DNA of 32,000 nucleotides, from the NCBI GenBank assembly GCA_025839675.1, contig CP104013.1:1290001-1322000 (forward strand). Reading direction: 5' to 3'. A program made the translations under genes and the position numbers. Numbering within the stretch: the stretch's first letter is position 1; each line of letters starts with the position of its first letter. Positions 17,068 to 25,529 of this stretch are shown one piece after another. The notes below the pieces were generated by a model. The model was given only the letters and a program-made list of their open reading frames with translations, did not search any database and was not told where the DNA came from. This stretch comes from Candidatus Lokiarchaeum ossiferum (GTDB taxonomy: Archaea; Asgardarchaeota; Lokiarchaeia; Sigyniarchaeales; Promethearchaeaceae).

Positions 17068-17742
17068 TTATTTTTTGGCGCTTCGAGTTTTTTTGAAAAT
17101 TTTCGGACGGGAACGACCATCTTTCTTCACCAGAGACCCCATAAAATCTTGAAATTGATTGACCAGATCCGGGATATTTTTCTCGGTGATTTCCTTCGAT
17201 TTTAATTGCACATTATGGAAAAATTCTTCAATGGGTTTGCCCGTCGCCAGGATTTTTTCAAACTGACCAGTAAATTTAAGATGACCGGAACTCGCCTTGG
17301 CATGCTCTTGGTCACGTTTTTCTTGAATGAGGGTATCAACAGGAATTTGAAGAAGTTCCTGCACAACTCGGCTGGACAATAAGGCAAAAGCAGATAGTTT
17401 ATCGGTCTCAACCGTTAAACCATTCCCGCGGTGATACATGTCGTTGCGAATCGTGTGATAGAATGTTAGCTGCTTAATCGTCGCTTCGGGTAAAATTTGG
17501 GGGGAGATTTCCGACACCAATTCGAGTTTACCCGGATACGAATTGCGCACCCGTTTATATTTCTTCCAATTGACTTTTTCATTGGGCACTCGAAAATGAA
17601 TGAATGCATTCAAGCTGGCTTCAACGGCATTATCAAAACTGATCATCGCTAACCGCTGATCAAAATCTGACTCCTTTCCCATATGATCATAGCCGTGCCA
17701 CAGTAATTCAATCGGGCCCGAGATCCACGGTTTGTTTTGCAT
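17068..17742 (-). CDS. Putative HEPN-domain protein (RNase-like)
   Basis: TFYHTIRNDMYHRGNG contains R-N-x-x-x-H, the Rx4-6H HEPN signature with the typical Asn after Arg. The N-terminus is helical (GPIELLWHGYDH...ISFDNAVEASLNAF) and the C-tail is Lys/Arg-rich. The gene is convergent with the NYN gene, 12 nt apart. Confidence 0.45.
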   Translation of the reverse strand: MQNKPWISGPIELLWHGYDHMGKESDFDQRLAMISFDNAVEASLNAFIHFRVPNEKVNWKKYKRVRNSYPGKLELVSEISPQILPEATIKQLTFYHTIRNDMYHRGNGLTVETDKLSAFALLSSRVVQELLQIPVDTLIQEKRDQEHAKASSGHLKFTGQFEKILATGKPIEEFFHNVQLKSKEITEKNIPDLVNQFQDFMGSLVKKDGRSRPKIFKKTRSAKK

Positions 17743-17950
17743 AAGTCAGTATCACATTAGTGTCGAATCCTAATAAGTATTTAGAATAGTTAGCCAAATT
17801 TCATACCATTCCTAAAAAAAAAAGCATGAAAAAAATTCGATAGGAACTGGGCTCGATATCATTCTAATGAGAGGCTCCGAAAACAAAGTTGACTTTTACA
17901 TTAGTTATTTAATTTTAATGCTGATAATTTAAAAAAAAAAAGGTGCTTAA

Positions 17951-19216
17951 ATGAAAATGGAAAAATACTCCTTACAACAAACTGAAATATTTGCCCAGAA
18001 TCCAGAGGAAAAGCGGAAATTCTTCCAAATTGATTTAATGAAAGCGATTATGATTGCATTAGTCATTATGGATCATAGTTTCACTCATGCTTTCTTACGT
18101 CAATATGGATCCTACTTCTGGGAAAGAATAGCTATCCCGATTTTAATGATTATTATGGGATTTAATATGGGAAAATCATATAAAGGAAAGAAATTTGCTA
18201 CTTTGAAGGAATATTATACTCGATCATATTTTGAATCTAAGTTAAAACGGTATATGATCCCTTATCTTCTATTGTATGTACTTCATGGAATAATTCGATT
18301 GATAGTCACAGAGGCAGAAGTTATTGTAAATTCACCAGCGGGATATGATTTACCAAGTTTTCGTTATATTGGGTTTACTTTTTTCTATGGACCGGGGTTA
18401 TGGTTTATACCCGTCCTGTTTGGATCAATCCTAGTGTTTCCAATCTTATATTATAATTTCAATAAAAATCCCAAGGTTACTTTTGGTTTAACGTTTGCAA
18501 TAGAATTTTTAACTCATATTGTATTATTAGGAGCAATTCTCATTCACAATATTGGGAGATCTATGGATGAATATGAACCACCGATGCTATTTTTTATCTT
18601 ACTCTATAGTCTTTTTATATTGATTAGCTCAGTTGGAATTGGACTATGGCTATCCGTAGATCATGATATCACATCAAAGCACAATCGTATCCTTTGGGTG
18701 TTGTTTCCTATTAGCGTAGTTTATATGATACTCTATTTTTTGGAGGTTCTCCCGATTCCTTTTCCAATGGGTGATTATCAAATGTTTTTCTTTCCCTATT
18801 CAGCAGTTATTTTTATGACTTTGATGAAAATTGTACCTCCAAACCCTAAGGGATCTTTTAGCCATTTCATACGAAAAGTTAGTAGAGCGACTTATCATAT
18901 TCTTTTAACTCAAATTTTTTATTTCTCTATCATATTCCAATTTTTCTTAATAATAACAGATGGAAATAATTCAACATTGGATGTATTTGATGCAAATCCT
19001 TTAAATTATCTATGGTTTTACCCACTCAATCTAATAATTACTTTTGGGATAGGTTTACTTTGGAAAGAATTGGAGGATCGATTTTATGCAAAGAGGGATG
19101 AAAAGAAGAGTTTTCAAAGAATTTACCAAGTAACAATTATTTTAGCAGGAATAGCATTTGTAGCTTGGTTAGTAAGCTCAACAATTTATACGATAATAAG
19201 TCTTATATCACTCTAA
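17951..19216 (+). CDS. Integral-membrane acyltransferase (acyltransferase-3/OatA-like or DUF1624-like)
   Basis: The N-terminus, FFQIDLMKAIMIALVIMDHSF, is the typical motif of family-3 acyltransferases. About 10 hydrophobic segments follow. Confidence 0.65.
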   Translation: MKMEKYSLQQTEIFAQNPEEKRKFFQIDLMKAIMIALVIMDHSFTHAFLRQYGSYFWERIAIPILMIIMGFNMGKSYKGKKFATLKEYYTRSYFESKLKRYMIPYLLLYVLHGIIRLIVTEAEVIVNSPAGYDLPSFRYIGFTFFYGPGLWFIPVLFGSILVFPILYYNFNKNPKVTFGLTFAIEFLTHIVLLGAILIHNIGRSMDEYEPPMLFFILLYSLFILISSVGIGLWLSVDHDITSKHNRILWVLFPISVVYMILYFLEVLPIPFPMGDYQMFFFPYSAVIFMTLMKIVPPNPKGSFSHFIRKVSRATYHILLTQIFYFSIIFQFFLIITDGNNSTLDVFDANPLNYLWFYPLNLIITFGIGLLWKELEDRFYAKRDEKKSFQRIYQVTIILAGIAFVAWLVSSTIYTIISLISL

Positions 19217-19668
19217 TGGATAGTAGGCAATTTTTTCTTTTTTCCGATATACCTTTATTTTTATCACTTTCGCGCACTTGTTTTTAGTGTGCACACTTAA
19301 CTGACCACTTTTTGAGAAACCAAAGGAGGTTTGAATGGTAAAAAGATCTTTTACTATTTATCTAACAATTTCATTATTGGTTTTCTCTCAAATGTTTTTT
19401 TTGTACTTTTCTCTCAAAAATCATTAATTTTTGTCTTCTAAGTTCATGATATTCTGATAAACATAATATTTAACAGTTATCGCATTAATTTCTTTGAAAA
19501 TAAGTAATCCAGATAACTAATACAATACCTAGAACAATATCGGAAATCCAATCAAAGAACAATGTAGCAGAAATCAATCCAAAATAATCAAAAAAAAATA
19601 TCGAACATCCTCAGTCAGAGATTTTTATTTTCGTTTCCAAATTACTCGATAATTCATATGTTGAAGAA

Positions 19669-19896
19669 TTATATTTTTGAACACGGATCTCGTTTTCGAT
19701 TCAACAATATTATGGGGATTAAGAGGAAACAACAAAAAGTTATTGGAAACGAAAAACCATGAAAATTGGGAGATTTTGATGGAATATTTGAAGGATTCGA
19801 TTGAGTATTACTTGAATTGGTTGAACTTGTAGTAGTAGTTGTAGTAGAAGAAGAAGTGTTTGTCGGTTCAGACACAATTACATAAATGGTATACAT
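19669..19896 (-). pseudogene. Orphan C-terminal fragment of a surface protein: Ser/Thr-rich linker plus PGF-CTERM-like sorting signal
   Basis: TNTSSSTTTTTTSSTNSSNTQSNPSN is followed by HGFSFPITFCCFLLIPIILLNRKR, that is a (P/H)GF motif, a TM helix and a basic tail. No plausible ectodomain lies upstream. Confidence 0.4.
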
Positions 19897-20001
19897 TTTT
19901 TTTTAAATCTTAAGGATCATGATTACGAATTATGAATTTCTTAAGTAATCCTTTGAGGAAACTTTAGTAAAGGTGAAGTATAAAACTGGAAATCATCAAT
20001 C

Positions 20002-20562
20002 ATGAAATGCATACTTATATTGGGTCCTCCCGCTGTTGGAAAAATGGCCGTTGGTATGGAACTCGTAGCTCAAAAGAACTTCAAGTAAGTTCATAATCAC
20101 TCTTTTATGAAAATTCTCAATCGGTTGTTTGACTGAAGTTCGGAAGCATTTTACAGACTTGATAATGAATTTTATTGGCGAGTTTGTGAAGAATTTGTTC
20201 TTAGTAATCCCCCTGGAGTTATTCTAACTAAATTACGACTGTTGGATAAAGAAAATGACAATGAATTTGTAGAAAAAACGCTTGACATATTTCGGAAACA
20301 AGGAGCGGACATTTTTCAAGTTGAAGTATATGCTACCCTAGAAGTGAGAAAGCAGCGGAATAAAAACCCACTGCGCTTGCAAGAAAAAGTATCTATACGC
20401 GATGTGAAGCAATCCGAAAAACATTTACATGTTTATGAGAAGTATCAAATTAATTCAGATCATGAACCTGGTTTAATTTCTCCTGCCTATCTGAAAATTG
20501 ATTCCACTAACAAATCGGTTTTAGAAACTGTGGATGAAATAATTATTCAATTGAAATTGTAA
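20002..20562 (+). pseudogene. P-loop kinase-like (AAA_33-type) gene with two in-frame stop codons
   Basis: A single frame from the ATG at 20002 reads MKCILILGPPAVGKMAVGMELVAQKNFK*VHNHSFMKILNRLFD*SSEAFYRL...LLDKENDNEF... through to 20562. It has a Walker A motif (GPPAVGK), a TAA at 20086-20088 and a TGA at 20134-20136. The track ORF 20242..20562 is the in-frame tail. Confidence 0.7.
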
Positions 20563-20644
20563 AGAAAATTTGACTCTTAATTGAGTAAGTATGATTCTTG
20601 TTTATCAAGATATCAGAGCAAATGAAAAAAAAGTGAAAATATGA

Positions 20645-21181
20645 TTACTCATTATATTTAACGTGATTGTATATATCGACATACTCACCATCAACATACA
20701 CTTCTTTTTTCAACGTTGCTTCTACATGATAACCGGCTTTTTTAAAAGCTTTTTGAGATCCAAGATTGGGAGAAAAGATTCCAGCTTTCAATTTCCGCAA
20801 ATTTAATTCTTGAAAAGCATATTTAGTTAGTAAAATTATCATTTCAGTGCCTAAACCTTTCCCCCAATAGTCTTGTTCTCCAATAAAAGTTCCAAGCTCT
20901 GCTGTACGATTTATCCATGATATACAGTGTAGATTACAAGTCCCAATCGGTTTTTTATCTTCTTTATGCCATACCTCAAAAGAGTAATAATTCGTTGATT
21001 TCACTGAGGCAGTAAACCAATTTTTGACTTCTTCTGTGGATCGCGGAAAGAAAAAACGACAATAACGACGAAAATCCTCATCATTTCCCCACTTATCGTA
21101 TAGAGCCAAATGATCAAAATTGAGGGGGACAAGATTAATTCTGTCTCCTTTTATAAAGGCATATTCCTCCTTTTGTGTCAT
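20645..21181 (-). CDS. GNAT family N-acetyltransferase (RimJ/RimL-like)
   Basis: INLVPLNFDHLALYDKWGNDEDFRRY...WGKGLGTEMIILLTKYAFQELNLRKLKAGIFSPNLGSQKAFKKAGYHVEATLKKEVYVDGEYVDIY. The likely start is MTQKEE (ATG at 21181), not the track start at 21316. Confidence 0.8.
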   Translation of the reverse strand: MTQKEEYAFIKGDRINLVPLNFDHLALYDKWGNDEDFRRYCRFFFPRSTEEVKNWFTASVKSTNYYSFEVWHKEDKKPIGTCNLHCISWINRTAELGTFIGEQDYWGKGLGTEMIILLTKYAFQELNLRKLKAGIFSPNLGSQKAFKKAGYHVEATLKKEVYVDGEYVDIYNHVKYNE

Positions 21182-21300
21182 AATATATATGGATGAATAC
21201 ATAATATATAAACGTTCGAAAAAATGAAAAATACAATATGATTTTGGATTCTTTTTTCTTTCACTAAATGGATGTTTATTTTCTTTGACTGCTAAAAATT

Positions 21301-21513
21301 TTACTTTTTTTGCCATTCTCTTTTCAAGAGAGAATTCATCTGAAGATCCCCTAAATTGCCCTTTTCACACTCATAATCACGGAGAACTCCTTCCATTTGA
21401 AAACCTAACCGACGTAAAAACTTTTGTGAGGGCATATTTTTCAGATTCACCAATCCTTCGACCCGATTTAGATTCAGTTCATTGAATAAAAAGTATTTCA
21501 GAATTGGAAACAA
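21301..21513 (-). pseudogene. C-terminal remnant of a second RimJ/RimL-like GNAT gene
   Basis: ILKYFLFNELNLNRVEGLVNLKNMPSQKFLRRLGFQMEGVLRDYECEKGNLGDLQMNSLLKREW corresponds to only the last about 65 residues of such enzymes. The N-terminal acetyl-CoA-binding part is missing. Confidence 0.6.
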
Positions 21514-21739
21514 CAGAATATAAAGAAGTTTTGATAGCTCGTTTATTGGAATAGATTATTGAATAACTCACTTTTTCTTTTTGAACAATATTGATGTCTT
21601 CTAAAACCTCTAAATTATATAGTGTGGTGATTCGAGCCATTTCGGTATTTTTTAATATAGATTTTTGATCCAAGGGAAAATATAGAATCAATTTATTTAA
21701 ATTTAACATAGTTGGTAATTTTAGATACACGAGCCCCAC
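21479..21739 (-). pseudogene. Remnant of a wHTH regulator, paralogous to the C-terminal module of 24491..25207
   Basis: LDQKSILKNTEMARITTLYNLEVLEDINIVQKEK aligns with LDQKLISQYTKMARSTTLYNLRILEDTGIVRKKQ in the 238-aa protein. The 86-aa ORF overlaps the GNAT remnant. Confidence 0.5.
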
Positions 21740-22002
21740 AAGAATTGAATTAAATGAAGTACTTTTTTTGCTGAAAACCTCAAGTTGTCCGATTTTGTGC
21801 TTTCCCTTAAACGGGGATATAATGGTGTTTATGTTATTATTCCTTGGAGCGATTATAATTGGATCTGGATTAATTATTCAATCAATAAGTGATTGGCGAG
21901 TGACGAAATCCATACCAATGTTATTTATAGCCTATTTTTGATACGATCAAATTATATCCATTTGATGGATTTTTTTTTGATGATATAAACAAGGTATGAA
22001 AA

Positions 22003-24063
22003 ATGAAAAATATACGAAAAGTGCAGGTATCAATAATTTTTATGCTTGTCCTGGTCTCTTCTACAGGTATTGAGCAGGCTCTGGCATTCGATAGTAACTG
22101 CACAAATGAAAGTAGAGAAAACGTTAAAATCTCTATATATTATGATCCGAAAGATGATAATATTGCAGATACAGTTAAGAGGTATGAGCAGATCAATTTT
22201 ACTCCCGATTTACAAATGACATGGTTTGAAATCAGTACTTTTGCTGATTTGAATCGTATGACTAAAACAGATGATAGTATCAAAATATTTGTTTTTCATG
22301 GAATAGAAGAAGGATTCCAGATAAATAACGAAGTGATAGAATGGAATAAATTATCAAATTTGCTTAAAAATGATAATACTCAATATAATATATTGATGCA
22401 ATGTTTTTCGAGTAAAATTGGAATGATTCCAGATAAGAAAATTCTCAGTTATGAAGAAGAAGTTGATATTGAGATAGCATATATAGATTCACTATTCTTC
22501 CTTAGCGATTTTATGAGAGGAAAAAATGATCTGATAGGTGAAAAATTATTCAACTTTGCAATAGAGCAGATAGAAGAATTGGGTTATGAATATTTTGAAA
22601 GAATAAATAATCCAAAGGAGTCTTTGGGTCTTTCTTCAACAACAATGAATGGAATTGAAAAAAATTTCTATTATATTTGTTGGTTGAAAATGTTTGAACA
22701 ATTGAGCTATTCCATAGAAAATACATATTATCCCATTTTAAATGAATTTTCACTTTTGCATGATGTCAATGTTGCAAGTTTGCAAGCAGTTGGATTAATT
22801 TTTACAGGATTATTTGGAGCAGCGACATTAGGTATCCCAGGTTCAGCAATATTTTCAATATCCACGGCACTTATATCAGCAAGCTTCACTAAAGTTACTG
22901 ATTATTCAACTACATCAAAATATGAAGATGCAAAAGATAATTTGTTCAACAGTCAAAGTGTGGAAACAGATGTTGATGCCTTATTATCAATTTTACCTGA
23001 TGATATTGTCGCCAAAATTGGTAAAGTTGTAGTATCACAGGCAATCAAGAGAGATTATGTAAATCTCATTTATGCAGGAATGTTAGATATAATAATGCTA
23101 GAATCATTAGAAACTGAACTTGGGAGCACAACTTCTCCAGGAAGATTAGAAAATGATTATGTATTAAAACATCTTAAAGGTACTTCAGGTTTAATGAGCA
23201 AAATGAGGGAATTTGTTGATGCACTAAACAACAACTTCGACAATGTTAAAGCAAAAGCATTAAGTGTTAAAAATATCGTTGAAAACATAAATAACGATGA
23301 AAACTATTTAAGACTCCCTTCATTCTTGAGTAAGCCTTGGAAGGCATTCTTTCATAACTTAGAAGAAATGTTAGATAATTTTATAGACAATTCTTATCCT
23401 ATCATAGACAAATTAGGATCGAGTTTTGCTTATCAAGAATTTTACTACCGAATTCATTCAAATTATTGGGATGATAAAATTTGGGTAAGTTATGAAATAA
23501 GAAATCCTGGAGGCAATCAAGTTCCAATTGTTAAATATCATGGTAAGTACACGGAAAGTACTCAAGGAAATGTGCATTATGAGGACATTAATTTCTTCAC
23601 GACATCACAGAACTATATCACACCTGGAAATTCGTTTGCAGGATCTTTTACGATTAATCGAAGGCGATTTGTGTCTGGAGTTTCTGTTCCCCATGTTTTC
23701 GATTTAGAGGTAGTAGATTATGACACTAAAGGTACAACATATCGATATGGATATTTTCGAAATGGAGTCCAATATTTTCCGAAAACAAGTTATGCCAGAA
23801 TAAACTTCAATTTAGGAACTCCTATTACCCAAGTATTTGTTGCGATATCACAAAGAGCTGATAGTTATAGCCGGTATTTCAGAATTAGGGCAAATGGTGC
23901 AATTATATTTGAACGAATTGTAGGATCTGGGACATACTATTTCACTCCTGATGATATCAATTTAAATGGAAAATATACCAGTTTAACATTTGAGATCTAC
24001 TGGGGCGGATACAAATATCAAGGATGGAGCATAGATAAGTTACTCATCGGATCAAAAGGTTAA
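22003..24063 (+). CDS. Secreted or membrane-associated 686-aa protein of unknown function; the N-terminal domain has a caspase-like His/Cys pattern
   Basis: A signal peptide (MKNIRKVQVSIIFMLVLVSSTGIEQALA) is present. The pattern KIFVFHGIEEG...(35 aa)...YNILMQCFSS follows. A hydrophobic segment (AVGLIFTGLFGAATLGIPGSAIFSISTALISASF) lies mid-protein, and the C-terminal about 230 aa are beta-rich. Confidence 0.8.
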   Translation: MKNIRKVQVSIIFMLVLVSSTGIEQALAFDSNCTNESRENVKISIYYDPKDDNIADTVKRYEQINFTPDLQMTWFEISTFADLNRMTKTDDSIKIFVFHGIEEGFQINNEVIEWNKLSNLLKNDNTQYNILMQCFSSKIGMIPDKKILSYEEEVDIEIAYIDSLFFLSDFMRGKNDLIGEKLFNFAIEQIEELGYEYFERINNPKESLGLSSTTMNGIEKNFYYICWLKMFEQLSYSIENTYYPILNEFSLLHDVNVASLQAVGLIFTGLFGAATLGIPGSAIFSISTALISASFTKVTDYSTTSKYEDAKDNLFNSQSVETDVDALLSILPDDIVAKIGKVVVSQAIKRDYVNLIYAGMLDIIMLESLETELGSTTSPGRLENDYVLKHLKGTSGLMSKMREFVDALNNNFDNVKAKALSVKNIVENINNDENYLRLPSFLSKPWKAFFHNLEEMLDNFIDNSYPIIDKLGSSFAYQEFYYRIHSNYWDDKIWVSYEIRNPGGNQVPIVKYHGKYTESTQGNVHYEDINFFTTSQNYITPGNSFAGSFTINRRRFVSGVSVPHVFDLEVVDYDTKGTTYRYGYFRNGVQYFPKTSYARINFNLGTPITQVFVAISQRADSYSRYFRIRANGAIIFERIVGSGTYYFTPDDINLNGKYTSLTFEIYWGGYKYQGWSIDKLLIGSKG

Positions 24064-24490
24064 TTTAGTACATATTTTTTGATTTTTTTTATTCTTATTA
24101 GCTTGGGACAACTTTCCAGCTTAACTACTAATTAGAATAAAAACTAATTTGGTTATCAACGAATTTTTTCAAATTTTGGCAATTATCCGATTATTAGTTC
24201 GTGACCTTCTTTCCAACTGAGATAAGAAAGCTTTTGAATTTAATATATGGATATAGATCGCATCTTCTATGAAAAGTAGTTCGAAATTAGAAGGAGAATA
24301 CAAAACTCACAAAATATGCATGAATTCTCCATTCATGCAATGAAATTTCATCTCGTAGTTAAAAAGGTAAAAAAAAGAAATTGATTGTTATATGCAAACC
24401 AAAAAAAATGAAAATAGTCAATCAGTTATTTTAGATCCAAGTGACATTGATATTGTTATGTCCCATTTGGAATGCTTTCCAGAATATTTA

Positions 24491-25207
24491 TTAGTACTTT
24501 TGCAGATATTCATAATTCAAAGCAATTGAATGAATTATGGATCTGAAACTCTCATTAATAGAGTAGAAAAGAGAACGTTTTTTTTGCTTCTTTCTAACAA
24601 TTCCAGTATCCTCAAGTATTCGTAAATTATACAGTGTAGTACTTCGAGCCATTTTAGTATATTGGGAAATCAATTTTTGATCTAAGGTGTGATATTCTGT
24701 TAAAATCTCCAATATGAACCGAGTTGTCGATTTTAAATACAATACACTAGCTTGAACTAATTTAAATGAAGTATCAGGTTTGAAATATACATAAAATTGG
24801 TTAAACTTTTGTTCTTTAATTAATTTGGAATCCTTCAAAACGTTTAAATGCCATAGCAGTTGGTTTGGTCCAACATCAATTTTTTTTCGTAAAAAATTCA
24901 GATGTAAACCAGGATATATAGATAATAATTTCATAATTTTTAGTCTGATGGAATTAGATAATACATTTAGGGAGATTTTATTATCTTGCATAAATAGATA
25001 ACCTGCTCGAATATATTTTTCAAGTAAGTTCCGAACATAGGATAAATGATAACAAAAATGTCTAGCAATTTGATGAATTAGAGCATCAAAATATAAAACT
25101 TTTTTTTTTGGAAAAATACGTTGAATATATTGAAAAACGGGATTAGTGCTAATATTTGCACGATATACTAAGTAAGATTCATTTTGAAAGGTCATTCGAA
25201 TAATCAC
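24491..25207 (-). CDS. Multi-wHTH transcriptional regulator (ArsR/TrmB-like)
   Basis: IRLKIMKLLSIYPGLHLNFLRKKIDVGPNQLLWHLNVLKDSKLI is one ArsR-like HTH. A second unit reads LDQKLISQYTKMARSTTLYNLRILEDTGIV. The start is GTG at 25207, or ATG at 25195. Confidence 0.7.
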   Translation of the reverse strand: MIIRMTFQNESYLVYRANISTNPVFQYIQRIFPKKKVLYFDALIHQIARHFCYHLSYVRNLLEKYIRAGYLFMQDNKISLNVLSNSIRLKIMKLLSIYPGLHLNFLRKKIDVGPNQLLWHLNVLKDSKLIKEQKFNQFYVYFKPDTSFKLVQASVLYLKSTTRFILEILTEYHTLDQKLISQYTKMARSTTLYNLRILEDTGIVRKKQKKRSLFYSINESFRSIIHSIALNYEYLQKY

Positions 25208-25529
25208 TTATTTAATAATCAAATCTTTTATCTTTCGATTTAGAAAACATCAGATGTTCTCAATAATTTCAATCGTATATCTGGAATATAAAGACATTGT
25301 AGAATAAGTACATGAAACAATTTGATTTGTGTATAATATATACATTCTTTCATGATAATTCAATCCCTTAGCGGGTTTCAACCTATAAAATTTTTTAAAA
25401 ATAATAAAAATAGCATGGTTTTAGGGTTATCCAATTGATCAATTTGTGGATTAATCGGTTCTCTTTACAATTTGATTAGAAATGAAAACCAAGTAGAAAA
25501 ATTAAATTAAAAAAGGTAAAGACTTCGTT

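Noticed and set aside
19335-19427. 30-aa hydrophobic ORF (MVKRSFTIYLTISLLVFSQMFFLYFSLKNH) preceded by AAAGGAGGT, and a minus-strand 40-aa membrane-like frame at about 19487-19608 that would open only if the A9 run (19590-19598) were A8
   Set aside because: Both are too short to support without comparative or expression data. The SD-like match and the homopolymer frameshift are noted but may be chance.
20086-20136. In-frame TAA/TGA in the kinase gene, and TAG at 31574, as programmed recoding (Sec, Pyl or a reassigned stop)
   Set aside because: All three stop codons are affected, each in genes that are otherwise fragmentary or surrounded by remnants, and the same codons terminate the well-formed genes nearby. 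Ordinary pseudogenisation is the simpler explanation.
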